This document shows, in pieces, positions 1 through 9,322 of a DNA stretch of 64,000 nucleotides. Made by a program: the position numbers and the translations under genes. Position 1 is the first letter of the stretch. Each line of letters begins with the position of its first letter. This stretch comes from a virus (lineage: Duplodnaviria; Caudoviricetes), in the IMG/VR virus record IMGVR_UViG_3300031951_000008, one strand, 5' to 3'. The notes under the pieces were generated by a model. It ran no database searches and had not been told where the DNA came from. It saw nothing but the letters and a program-made list of their open reading frames with translations.

Positions 1-75
1 CGTGTCTCTAGAACCGGTAGATCTGCTGGATATGGTGTCATTTTCGACTCCTAGGTAAGTAATTATTTTATCAAA

Positions 76-110
76 GTTACATTACAATGTAACAAACCAC
101 CCTATATACT
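76..110 (+). promoter_or_regulatory. Sigma70-like promoter (TTACAA-N17-TATACT) overlapped by a perfect 8-bp inverted repeat
   Basis: TTACAA 82-87, 17-nt spacer, TATACT 105-110, ATG at 128; GTTACATT(76-83)-AC-AATGTAAC(86-93). Confidence 0.4.
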
Positions 111-127
111 TTCGGGACAAGCCTCAG

Positions 128-550
128 ATGCAAGATAGCATACGACAGATTATCGCCTTGATGAATGAAGACGGCATTGTTCCAGGCAGCACATCCGTAT
201 TAACTGGTGCAGCAATGGCACAATCAGTACCAAACACTGATAACCCCAATATGCTTGCTTCAGACAATGGTGGATATGGAGAACCAACTGAACCAGAAGC
301 AAATGATTTCACAGAGTTAGAATACAAATTAACCAAAAGATTCTTGGAGCTTATCGGCGGAACTGAGAGAGCACGGGAAATAATAAATAAGTGCGATGAT
401 TGTGAAGAGTGCTTAAACTTGGTTACTGCCGATGACGATGATGTAATCAATAGCATAGCTAGTACTATGCCGGATGACGTAGGACTACCGACGAATATTG
501 TAAATATGTCTTCATTGTACAATCCTAGTACTATAGCGGGGCCTATGTAG
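128..550 (+). CDS. Hypothetical acidic protein
   Basis: 140-aa ORF, first of a tightly packed + strand operon (128-7227). Confidence 0.7.
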   Translation: MQDSIRQIIALMNEDGIVPGSTSVLTGAAMAQSVPNTDNPNMLASDNGGYGEPTEPEANDFTELEYKLTKRFLELIGGTERAREIINKCDDCEECLNLVTADDDDVINSIASTMPDDVGLPTNIVNMSSLYNPSTIAGPM

Positions 551-553
551 TAG

Positions 554-1111
554 ATGATTGACTTTGATGCTACACTCAATATCTTATTAGAAGACGCAAA
601 TGTGGATTGGCAGCCAATGGCACAAGCACAAGAGCTTGTACAGCAATTAGGCGATGCTAAGAGGAAACTCACTCAGATCAAACACCAGCTGAGCATGGTC
701 AAAAATCAAATCATCGCTGATTTAGCCATGCAGATACGCCGACACTCACCCGCATTAAATGTCGGGCTAGACCACGGTTATTGTAAAGTTGGCTATAAAA
801 CTAAGCATTTACTGTTGACTCCCGATTTAATCAATGGGGTGTGGAAGGTCAAGGCATCGGACGCTAACTTTGCAAATAAATTCCAAAAAGCTCGACTACG
901 AGACTTATTTCTCGATTCAAGCATTGAAGTCCTGATACAGTCAATATCTGATTACTTCCTTGAGCATTATAAAACACTCGAAGAAGGAACAGGATGTGGA
1001 ATACTGCTGATAGAAGGTAAAATCAGTTACCTGGCAGATTTAGTTAGGTATCGTGACTCCTTTTCTACTAATCATATGCCTCTAAAATCACGAAGAGCGA
1101 GGCTTCAATGA
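554..1111 (+). CDS. Hypothetical protein
   Basis: 185-aa ORF, ATGA overlap with next gene. Confidence 0.7.
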   Translation: MIDFDATLNILLEDANVDWQPMAQAQELVQQLGDAKRKLTQIKHQLSMVKNQIIADLAMQIRRHSPALNVGLDHGYCKVGYKTKHLLLTPDLINGVWKVKASDANFANKFQKARLRDLFLDSSIEVLIQSISDYFLEHYKTLEEGTGCGILLIEGKISYLADLVRYRDSFSTNHMPLKSRRARLQ

Positions 1112-2196
1112 TAGATAAATTAAGCAGAGTACGAGACTTCGTCGAGGAATATTGCAGCAGGAACCAAATACCTATAAGCTCAATTGCCGACACCACAGGC
1201 ATTCAGGGCATCAAGATATACGAAAAAGATAAGAATGAGTTATTTAAGCTATTCAATGAGCTATCTCCTCTACTTGAAGCTGATCAGGTTTGTCTGAGCA
1301 CAGAAAAAGTTAGAGGAGGATTGCTTTTAGCATTTTCGCTGAAAGCTTTAACAGAAACAGAAATCAGCCAATTTATAAATTCAATCGGCGAAGAGCGTGC
1401 GAATATGAGTTTTGAAGATAGAATCGACAATGCGTTGACAGTACCAGTAACAACTGTAGTCAAGTCGGGTCAGCCAAACCAAAAAGAGCCAAGCTTCCTG
1501 GACATGGCACGCAAGATCTTCGAAGACCAATACAAAGATGCTATATCGGGTGGTGATCGATGCAATCAGACAGGTCGTCAAAGGGTTTACTACGACCCAG
1601 ACACTGTTACATATGCAGGAAAGATCAAAAAGGGTAAGAAACCTAGGCGGCAATTTAGTACGTCTCTCAAAGAAGCATTGGAAGGAATCGCCACGCCTAC
1701 AGGCATACAGCCTAATGATTTGTTCGCTAGCTTCGCGAATGCTCTCCAGCAACTTGGCGAAAGACTTGGTGTAGGGCCTTTACAAAATAAGCTAAAGGAA
1801 CAAGGTATAGAGTACAGGAAGTCGAAGGATGGGCAAGCTATCATTCTCTATGTATTGAACGGGAAGACAAAAGCGCCGTCGCCTATCGCCAGGATTACAG
1901 CCGAGACTTTAAGCAAGCCCAATGAATTTGAGCAAGAGCTTTTAAAAATGGTTGACTTTTCCAAAGGCGACGCTCCAGGTGCATTTAAACAAAAGCAAGA
2001 AGAATTTAGAGAACAAGAAAAAGCAGTGCGTGAGATAGCTAAAGGTTCTGCCCCTCAGCCGCCTCAAACCACTCAAAGCCAGCCAGCAGCACAACCAGCA
2101 GCACAACCAGCAGCACAACCAGTGCAACCGGCCCCAACAGCACCAAACCGTGCGGCAGTCCAAGCGGCCTCACCCAAATCACCTGTCAAAGTTTAA
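1108..2196 (+). CDS. Hypothetical protein with Pro/Gln/Ala-rich C-terminal tail
   Basis: 362-aa ORF; tail contains QPAA repeats. Confidence 0.75.
   Translation: MIDKLSRVRDFVEEYCSRNQIPISSIADTTGIQGIKIYEKDKNELFKLFNELSPLLEADQVCLSTEKVRGGLLLAFSLKALTETEISQFINSIGEERANMSFEDRIDNALTVPVTTVVKSGQPNQKEPSFLDMARKIFEDQYKDAISGGDRCNQTGRQRVYYDPDTVTYAGKIKKGKKPRRQFSTSLKEALEGIATPTGIQPNDLFASFANALQQLGERLGVGPLQNKLKEQGIEYRKSKDGQAIILYVLNGKTKAPSPIARITAETLSKPNEFEQELLKMVDFSKGDAPGAFKQKQEEFREQEKAVREIAKGSAPQPPQTTQSQPAAQPAAQPAAQPVQPAPTAPNRAAVQAASPKSPVKV
2079..2128 (+). repeat. 12-bp coding tandem repeat (CAACCAGCAGCA-type, QPAA)
   Basis: About 4 units encoding QPAAQPAAQPAAQPVQP. Confidence 0.8.
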
Positions 2197-2199
2197 CAC

Positions 2200-2820
2200 A
2201 TGACTCTGCCCGATAACAGAATTCAGTTACCGCCTACTAAGATCGACTTTGATACCCAGGTCGGTGTTACTGGTCAAGTACATGATGACTATCCTCCTCC
2301 ACAGGGGCAAGCTCGCTTTGACCACATGCGGATGTACCTTATTGGTCTGTTATCACAACAATCATCATTCGATCCGCCTAGCCAAAAGAGGGATGGTACA
2401 CCTTGGTTCGATTTAAATGAACTAAGCCTTAAGATATCGTTTAACAACGTTTGGCTACCTTACAGCGATGCTATAAAAATCGGTGGCATGTCACTCTCTG
2501 ACTGGTACACCAATGTTGAAACAGCACTAGTAGGCATCGCTCCTGAGATATTTTTCTCTGGTGTCTGTACACAGCAGGGAGTAGTGGATATACCGATTCC
2601 TACAGAATACCAAGTCCTCATCTCGGCAGAATCAAAAGCTTTTGTCACGATTAATAGGACGCATCAATTTACTCCGTTAGAAGTCCAATTCATAGGCTCA
2701 CCCAATCCGACGACCATTAGGTTGTTAAATGCCGAGCTAGAAGCCGACGATACGTTTGCTGTGTCGATTAGAAGAATACCTAATTCGAATTTTCTTAATA
2801 GCACATTAAGCATACCTTGA
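2200..2820 (+). CDS. Putative virion structural protein
   Basis: 206 aa, beta-rich composition, directly upstream of a baseplate/tail-like gene. Confidence 0.5.
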   Translation: MTLPDNRIQLPPTKIDFDTQVGVTGQVHDDYPPPQGQARFDHMRMYLIGLLSQQSSFDPPSQKRDGTPWFDLNELSLKISFNNVWLPYSDAIKIGGMSLSDWYTNVETALVGIAPEIFFSGVCTQQGVVDIPIPTEYQVLISAESKAFVTINRTHQFTPLEVQFIGSPNPTTIRLLNAELEADDTFAVSIRRIPNSNFLNSTLSIP

Positions 2821-2827
2821 GGATAAA

Positions 2828-3898
2828 ATGGCTAACATTGGTTTAAGCGATAGCTACGACAACATACGAACAGACAAAGGGTTCGTCAAAGCATACAAAG
2901 GCGAAATAGAGTTCGAATTTAGAGATCGCAACGGCCAGACCATACGGCAGCACCGTGAGCCCAATATTATCAAAATATTCGCAAAAGAAATCTTAGCCCA
3001 TAGGCTTGCATATGGTAAAGTGTGGGACCCGACTGCAAATACCGGAAGTGGCGGCTGGGTAAGTCACTCTATTGACTTGGAAGAATTTGCTGTGAAGTAC
3101 ATTGTTTTCGGTGCTTCCTTCGACGAAAACGGCAACCCGTTAGATTCTGCTGATACTGACTTTTATACACCTGATTCTACTGTTGGTAGCTACACGCCAA
3201 TCCAATTGGGTGTTGGCGCAGAATATGATGGCGGTTTAATTAAACCCGTACCGATTTCTGAGCCGACCAGACCACTCAAAAGGATAGAAAGAATCTACTT
3301 TGAGCCTACCTATCAGCCCGCTGGGACCCCTCTCTTAACGGCAGATGTTAGAGCCATTAACAATGTAGTGGTTTTTGAAACTACTTTAACCAAAGACGAA
3401 TACAATGGGTTAGGTGTCACACTCAACGACTACCTTACCATCACTGAGGTCGCTCTGGTGGGTGCTGCGGAAGTTGATTCTCTTGGGTCATGTGACTGTG
3501 ACCCAAGAGACATCTTCCTGCAGGGCAGGAGCACCGGAGGAGCCCTGTCTGCTGTGGCGAGTGGTACGGCTACAGTTACTATCGACATGTCTGAGACAGA
3601 AGTAGATCTGATAAAAGAAGGCGACCAAGTAAAGATCGTAGCCGCTGATTCGACAGCTAGTGAAGATCAGGAGCTTAACCAACTAAACCCGTATTATCTA
3701 GTGTTGAGTAAACTTCCAGGTGGTCACGACTTGCAGTTAGATAGGGTGCCAGTAGACGCGGATTCTAACCCGATTACTGGGAGCATCGGGTTATTACGCG
3801 ATGGCTTCAAGATCTTTTCGCACAGAATCCTGTCTGTGCCCGTCAAGAAGTCAGAAGACTTCGAAATAGTGGTAAGATGGCGCATAATATTTAACTAA
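2828..3898 (+). CDS. Putative baseplate/tail-fibre attachment structural protein
   Basis: PNIIKIFAKEILA start, ITEVALVG and C-terminal PVKKSEDFEIVVRWRIIF resemble phage tail-collar/baseplate proteins. Confidence 0.55.
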   Translation: MANIGLSDSYDNIRTDKGFVKAYKGEIEFEFRDRNGQTIRQHREPNIIKIFAKEILAHRLAYGKVWDPTANTGSGGWVSHSIDLEEFAVKYIVFGASFDENGNPLDSADTDFYTPDSTVGSYTPIQLGVGAEYDGGLIKPVPISEPTRPLKRIERIYFEPTYQPAGTPLLTADVRAINNVVVFETTLTKDEYNGLGVTLNDYLTITEVALVGAAEVDSLGSCDCDPRDIFLQGRSTGGALSAVASGTATVTIDMSETEVDLIKEGDQVKIVAADSTASEDQELNQLNPYYLVLSKLPGGHDLQLDRVPVDADSNPITGSIGLLRDGFKIFSHRILSVPVKKSEDFEIVVRWRIIFN

Positions 3899-3909
3899 TC
3901 CAAAGTCTT

Positions 3910-5313
3910 TTGACTCTTTTATTTAATATGCCTACTGGTAAAAGTATCGACTGGCAACTATATGATAATATGATAAACATACATCTACCGCATATGACTA
4001 TCTCTGACTTTCAAGCCAGATACTTGCCTAGCATCTCTGCCAAGGCTATAGGTTCACGGGCGAAAAAATTAGGCGTTAGGCCTAAAAAATATGTCCCTAC
4101 TGATATACATAAAACCAAAATTTCTAAATCAGCAAGCAAGGCTTGGACTGATAAGGAAGATGATATTCTTTTATCTTCAGCTCATATCCAATCTATAGCA
4201 GAATTAGCGATACGGCTCCAAACTACTAAGTCGGCAGTTCATAGAAGATTAAAGCATCTTGGCTTTGAACAAAAAGAGGCAGACATCGCTCACAAACACA
4301 GCCGCAGGACAATCGAGTCATTTACTCTAGAAAGGAGGCAAATGCTTTCTACTCTTAGTAAAGGTCGTAAGCTTACAGATGAACATAAGGCTAAATTAGC
4401 CGAAGCACGCAGGAGACAATCTGGTAGAATTAGCAGTATACAGCAATCGTTTTATGATATAGCGGACAGTATGCATATAGAATATAGAAAAGAGTCGGAA
4501 CCCGAATGCAAAATAGGACCATGGACATTTGATGCGTTTGTTAGCCCCAATATCTTGGTAGAGATCCAGGGCGAGTGGATTCACTCTCAACACAAGAATA
4601 TTGTTAAAGACGCGGCCAAAGCAACATATATTGCTAAATATTTCCCACAATACCGTTTAGAATACATTTGGGAAGCTGAATTCGGTTCGCCTAATAGGAT
4701 AAAGGACCGTATTAACAAGATGATAGGCATTATACAGACAGAGCAAATAGATTTCTCTTTTGTAGATGTAAGAACAGGATTAGGTAATTTAGAAGAATCA
4801 AGACGGTTTATAAATGCATATCATTATTTGGGCAATTTAAAGGGCAGCATAACATTTTCTGCATATTTATATGATGAGATGATCGCTACAGCCATCTATG
4901 GAGCACCATCGCGACCGTTAAATGGAGACTATGGTAGTTATCCCTCATGTTTAGAATTAAGACGTTTAGTTATAAAAGAAGGATATAATAAGAAAAATTT
5001 CGCTAGTTGGTTTTTAACTCGCTCTGTAGCCTTGGTACCCCCTAAAACTAAAAAATTGGTATCGTATGCAGATCCTGTTTTTGGTCATAATGGCACAGTA
5101 TATAAATCTAGTGGCTGGGATTTCGACGGGATTACAGAGCCGAGCTACTATTATATAAGCAATGATGGTTACGTCATGCATAAAAAGACTCTTTTCGAAA
5201 GAGCCAATTCGGTTCACATGAAGGAAGCCGACTACGCTCAGAAGCATGGCTGGACTAAGGTACCGACTCCTCCAAAAAATAGGTTTGTAAAGAATTTATG
5301 CAAGTCAAGATAG
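3910..5313 (+). CDS. Multidomain protein: HTH + NUMOD3 + DUF559/Vsr-like endonuclease + Mom-like (GNAT) DNA-modification domain
   Basis: WTDKEDDIL..IAELAIRL (HTH); KGRKLTDEHKAKLAEA (NUMOD3); FDAFV..ILVEIQGEWIH..YIWE (PD-(D/E)xK/Vsr); FINAYHYLG..ELRRL..LVSYADP..GHNGTVYKSSGW (Mom-like); TTG start. Confidence 0.7.
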   Translation: MTLLFNMPTGKSIDWQLYDNMINIHLPHMTISDFQARYLPSISAKAIGSRAKKLGVRPKKYVPTDIHKTKISKSASKAWTDKEDDILLSSAHIQSIAELAIRLQTTKSAVHRRLKHLGFEQKEADIAHKHSRRTIESFTLERRQMLSTLSKGRKLTDEHKAKLAEARRRQSGRISSIQQSFYDIADSMHIEYRKESEPECKIGPWTFDAFVSPNILVEIQGEWIHSQHKNIVKDAAKATYIAKYFPQYRLEYIWEAEFGSPNRIKDRINKMIGIIQTEQIDFSFVDVRTGLGNLEESRRFINAYHYLGNLKGSITFSAYLYDEMIATAIYGAPSRPLNGDYGSYPSCLELRRLVIKEGYNKKNFASWFLTRSVALVPPKTKKLVSYADPVFGHNGTVYKSSGWDFDGITEPSYYYISNDGYVMHKKTLFERANSVHMKEADYAQKHGWTKVPTPPKNRFVKNLCKSR

Positions 5314-5474
5314 GTGACACATTATATGATCCTATGGAAGTACCGATTTTACTTATTCTGTCAGATCAGGATAAGATAAGTATTTCTAGCATGCATCCAG
5401 ACAGCAAGAAAATAATATTTTACAATGATAAGCTTGACGCGGAATCCGTTAGAATATTATTTAATGACAAGTGA
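5298..5474 (+). CDS. Small hypothetical protein (58 aa, not in ORF track)
   Basis: MQVKIGDTLYDPMEVPILLILSDQDK...FNDK*; fills the gap and its stop overlaps the next start (GTGA). Confidence 0.6.
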   Translation: MQVKIGDTLYDPMEVPILLILSDQDKISISSMHPDSKKIIFYNDKLDAESVRILFNDK

Positions 5475-6586
5475 TGCAAAGAGTCGCATTAACAATAATT
5501 CTAAACGGCTTACATCATCTACTACATAACAGCCAAGCCAAGTTTATACTGCACAATTTTGATTTATGGATTGTCGTAGAAGGAGCAAGCAGGCCAGGCG
5601 GCAGTACTCGTTGGTGTAGGAGTATGCCAAGTGAATACCATAATAAAGGCTTGAGTATAGACGGTACATCGGACTATTTAGAAAATCTGTCTAAGCTATA
5701 TAACAATATATTACACATCAAGCCACATGACCTTTGGCCATCCAAAGATGCTCAGGTTAATACTGCGATTAAGCACTTGAGACAAATTACTAATCAGTGC
5801 TATCTTTGGCAAATAGATGCAGATGAACAATGGGATAAGGATGGTATTGCTACAGCAGAGAAAGAATTATCGACTGCAGGAGCCAGGACCGGTTTATTCT
5901 TTGCTAATTATTATGTAGGCCCTGATATTGTAGCTAAGGGCGACTGGGGTGAGAAAAGCACAGGGCAAGGCTACTCAAGATTATGGTTATGGTCAGGTGA
6001 ATACTTTGACAGCCATGAGCCGCCAAAACTATCAGGCGAAGGCAAGAGCATGTTATTGAGTCCAAGATTTAATCATTATAGTTATTATTTCGAGCAAGAT
6101 GTTAAATTTAAGGAAAACTGGTATACAGGCCATGAAAACGTGTATAATCGGTGGAAATATATTAATAGCAGGCCCAGTTATGAGTTCCCTTTGCCGCTAA
6201 GCCTATTGATATCAGGCCATTTGGGCAATACCCCGACTTTCCTTCATAAGGTAGATAATCAGGAGGACGAACACATGTTCAGAAGACACTTGTTGAGTGC
6301 TGCTAGAAAAGCGTGCGAGAACGGACAAATTACCCAAGAACAGCTAACTAAGCTTAGGAGGGTTAGCCTGAACCGCCGTAAACTCGATGAAATGGAAAGA
6401 GTGGCAAAAGAAAAGGTCTCTGCAGATCCAGGTGGTGCAGCGATTATTACTGAATATTTAAAAGACTTGCCTAAGGACGCAACAGATGGTCAAAGGCAAG
6501 AGCTGTTAAATATAAAATGGGATTGGGCTAAGTTCTTCGATATCTTATTGAAGGTCGCACCAATTGTCATTGCCTTATTCCTATAA
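5471..6586 (+). CDS. GT-A/GT2-like glycosyltransferase with an appended C-terminal ~100-aa module
   Basis: WIVVEGA, SIDGT and WQIDADEQW (DxD) motifs; internal AGGAGG-N8-ATG at 6261-6277 in frame. Confidence 0.6.
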   Translation: MMQRVALTIILNGLHHLLHNSQAKFILHNFDLWIVVEGASRPGGSTRWCRSMPSEYHNKGLSIDGTSDYLENLSKLYNNILHIKPHDLWPSKDAQVNTAIKHLRQITNQCYLWQIDADEQWDKDGIATAEKELSTAGARTGLFFANYYVGPDIVAKGDWGEKSTGQGYSRLWLWSGEYFDSHEPPKLSGEGKSMLLSPRFNHYSYYFEQDVKFKENWYTGHENVYNRWKYINSRPSYEFPLPLSLLISGHLGNTPTFLHKVDNQEDEHMFRRHLLSAARKACENGQITQEQLTKLRRVSLNRRKLDEMERVAKEKVSADPGGAAIITEYLKDLPKDATDGQRQELLNIKWDWAKFFDILLKVAPIVIALFL

Positions 6587-6597
6587 GGGTTGCAGAT

Positions 6598-7227
6598 TTG
6601 CTATTAGATGCGTCTTTTGAACAGGACCTCATTTGTGATGAGGTAGATGACTGCATATTGGATGGTCAGTTTTTTCAGTCTAAATTCAAGTTCTTTGATA
6701 AGGACGGATATGATCTGACTGAGTACGAGCAACATCTATATGGCATAAATGGATTTCAATTACATTATACATTAAATAAATGGTTGTTAGCTAAGGACTG
6801 GCTCGTTAAGGAGCAGATCCTTCCTCCACAACTCTACATTGACCATTGCTTGCTTTTTATGAGGTGTGAACTAGGCCCTAACAGTCTTAGTGCTCTTTCA
6901 GAGATGTCGAGTCGCAATCCTCTTATTACATATCTATTGCACTCTAAAAGGAAATGGGGCATAGATATTGACATTAACTGGTTACATAATGGCAAATATT
7001 ATGAGATACTACACTTAGAAAATGACTCGTACACATACGAATCCGCCTTAGAATTCAAATCACGCGTCGAAAATTATATGGCAACAGCTGATTTAGAGCA
7101 GATGGCCTTGTCGATTATATCCAGGTCTAGCCAATGGGCACATCTACATGGCCTTAAGCAAAATGACTGGAAGGCCAGGTATTTTGGATTCGATTTGTCA
7201 GAAGAGACCAGAAAATCTTATACTTGA
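6598..7227 (+). CDS. Hypothetical protein
   Basis: 209-aa ORF, TTG start, operon continuation. Confidence 0.65.
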   Translation: MLLDASFEQDLICDEVDDCILDGQFFQSKFKFFDKDGYDLTEYEQHLYGINGFQLHYTLNKWLLAKDWLVKEQILPPQLYIDHCLLFMRCELGPNSLSALSEMSSRNPLITYLLHSKRKWGIDIDINWLHNGKYYEILHLENDSYTYESALEFKSRVENYMATADLEQMALSIISRSSQWAHLHGLKQNDWKARYFGFDLSEETRKSYT

Positions 7228-7400
7228 GTGTCGTGGCATTTACAGTCACAGCCTTGCACTTTTGTTTTAAATAGATACCGTGCCTTCTGGAGCTTATTAT
7301 AGAAATGCGTTGCCAGGCCAGATAGAAGACCGACAGTAGTCAGCATTAAAACTTCGAACAAGCCACCACAGAAACAGCCGATAAACATTTGACTTAGCAT
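7218..7400 (-). CDS. Small putative membrane protein
   Basis: 60 aa, hydrophobic N-terminal half, start overlaps the stop of the upstream GT2 gene. Confidence 0.5.
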   Translation of the reverse strand: MLSQMFIGCFCGGLFEVLMLTTVGLLSGLATHFYNKLQKARYLFKTKVQGCDCKCHDTQV

Positions 7401-8161
7401 TGAGTTATTTCCTTTTCAATATTATGAAAACGTTGCCATTCTTGGTCGGTAATAGCTGAATTCCATAGATTTTGACCATCTCTGTAGTAGTAGTTACCTA
7501 GTGGTTCACGTATCCATAAGAACTCATTATGCTTATACTGACATTTATGGTCTAGTAAGTCGTACTGGTGATATATTCTTGTCCACCATTCAGCATCAGC
7601 CATCACAATGAAGTCAGTATTGAACAATCCATATTTATGATGTAGGGATCTTCGCCATACTGGAAAATGGCCACAGTTTGCATTTTTGATAACTCCTCTA
7701 AATTGCCCAGGCTGGGCTGTTTTAGCTTTGGCGTACAATACACTCGCCCAGTTAGGGTGTGCTACAGTTGAAACATACCAACTGCAATATGCTAGTGCTG
7801 CGTTATTGTTAGCATCTAGAGCCGCTATCATTTTGGTATAGGCATCTGGAGCTACCAGGTCATCTGTGTTGGCGTTGGTGATATACTGACTATTAGAGGC
7901 ACAAATTAAATAGTTCCAGGCTTCATATAGGGTGTTTCTGTGGTTGAGTTTAATGTAATGTACATTTTTAGCCTGATATGAGATAGCTATGTTGTGATCT
8001 CTCTCGTCAGGGCTGTCTGCATTGATACACCAAATATCAAAATCATTTATGTTATTGACTGACATTAGGTTATCTAATCTAGACCTGAGCCATTCACCGG
8101 AATTATAAATCGAGACTAAAACGGCAAGTTTAGGAGTTACGGTATTTAACACAAGCTTCAC
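7394..8161 (-). CDS. Glycosyltransferase family 2
   Basis: VLVSIYNS..INADSPD..YEAWNYLI..YITNANTDD..MADAEWWTR pattern. Confidence 0.8.
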   Translation of the reverse strand: MKLVLNTVTPKLAVLVSIYNSGEWLRSRLDNLMSVNNINDFDIWCINADSPDERDHNIAISYQAKNVHYIKLNHRNTLYEAWNYLICASNSQYITNANTDDLVAPDAYTKMIAALDANNNAALAYCSWYVSTVAHPNWASVLYAKAKTAQPGQFRGVIKNANCGHFPVWRRSLHHKYGLFNTDFIVMADAEWWTRIYHQYDLLDHKCQYKHNEFLWIREPLGNYYYRDGQNLWNSAITDQEWQRFHNIEKEITQC

Positions 8162-8405
8162 TGCCTAATTTGAAGTCTCTGCATATTTGTGGCCTATACT
8201 TGTAATGTATACACTGATTATCTTTTAACCAGATGCAGTTTTGCCCCGCTTCTTCTAATACCTGTTTGTTATCGTAGATCTCAAGCAAAGGCTGTTTTAG
8301 TTCAATAGGTAGATCAAGGATTTCGAAGTACATAAAGGGGGGAAACCCCATATGCTGACAGCATTTACCACAACCTTCACAACTTAGTACGGGCAAAACG
8401 CTCAT
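8130..8405 (-). CDS. YkgJ-family cysteine cluster (Zn/Fe-S) protein
   Basis: CEGCGKCC..CIWL..CIHYKYRPQICRDF..C. Confidence 0.8.
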   Translation of the reverse strand: MSVLPVLSCEGCGKCCQHMGFPPFMYFEILDLPIELKQPLLEIYDNKQVLEEAGQNCIWLKDNQCIHYKYRPQICRDFKLGSEACVKYRNS

Positions 8406-8419
8406 TTAAGGAACCTGCG

Positions 8420-9322
8420 ATGTCAGATATATTAGTTACTAAACAAGTAGTCAAGCAAGTAAGTGATAGTAATGATATTACGGAGGAATTAGCAAAGTTT
8501 GTTTTGGATTATATCGCATATTATTACCAAGAGCCGACGAGAGGTGTTTTGACTGCCCAAACGGTTGAAGAGCACGTTAAAACAATACAGAGCCAACTTG
8601 GTATGGAAGTTACTGGTCAAATAGACCTAAATACAGTAAAAACATTGGAGCACACTCCTAGGTGCGGTATTCCAGATTATACTAAGTCAGGGGCTCAAGC
8701 AGTCACGAGTTGGGGGCAAAGAAAGCTCACTTATTTTATTGAGAGGTTCGTCAGAGGGCTTTCTACATCCGATCAAGCGGATATTATCAAATTAGCTTTC
8801 GACCAATGGACAGAGGTAGCTAATATTCAATTCGAAAGAGTTAGTGATTCAAAGAATGCTAATTTGGTGCTGTCAACCGGGTCCGGAAGAGCAGACAACT
8901 TTGATGGCCCTGGGAACACACTCGCTTGGGCATATCTGCCACCATCTCTTAATTATAGGGGTCAATTGCTAATGCGATTCGATCTCGACGAGACTTGGAT
9001 CAATGATCCGAATTCAAGAGGTATACTAATGAGAAACGTCGCATGTCATGAATTTGGACATATGCTAGGCTTAGAGCATTCTCGTAATTCTAGGGCTTTG
9101 ATGGCCCCATACTATTCGCCTGGTGTAGCAAAACCTCAGGCACAAGACGACATTCCTAGAATACAGGCTCTATACGGCCCGCCAGTCTACGTGCCGCCAC
9201 CAAATCCGACTCCGACTCCTACTCCGACTCCTAGTGGCAAGTATGTCGTGCAGATTACGACTGATAGCTTGTCTAGTATTACTGTTAATGGCAAAAAGTT
9301 AACAGACTTCTCATTAATATGA
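8420..9322 (+). CDS. Matrixin-family (M10A) zinc metalloprotease with prodomain
   Basis: Cysteine switch PRCGIPD, HEFGHMLGLEH zinc motif, ALMAPYY Met-turn, PG-binding-like N-terminus, PTPTPTP linker. Confidence 0.9.
   Translation: MSDILVTKQVVKQVSDSNDITEELAKFVLDYIAYYYQEPTRGVLTAQTVEEHVKTIQSQLGMEVTGQIDLNTVKTLEHTPRCGIPDYTKSGAQAVTSWGQRKLTYFIERFVRGLSTSDQADIIKLAFDQWTEVANIQFERVSDSKNANLVLSTGSGRADNFDGPGNTLAWAYLPPSLNYRGQLLMRFDLDETWINDPNSRGILMRNVACHEFGHMLGLEHSRNSRALMAPYYSPGVAKPQAQDDIPRIQALYGPPVYVPPPNPTPTPTPTPSGKYVVQITTDSLSSITVNGKKLTDFSLI

Noticed and set aside
124-2163. Minus-strand ORFs 124-672, 1381-1752, 1590-1844 and 1942-2163 (and similar antisense ORFs elsewhere)
   Set aside because: They lie opposite longer, operon-consistent genes and have atypical composition
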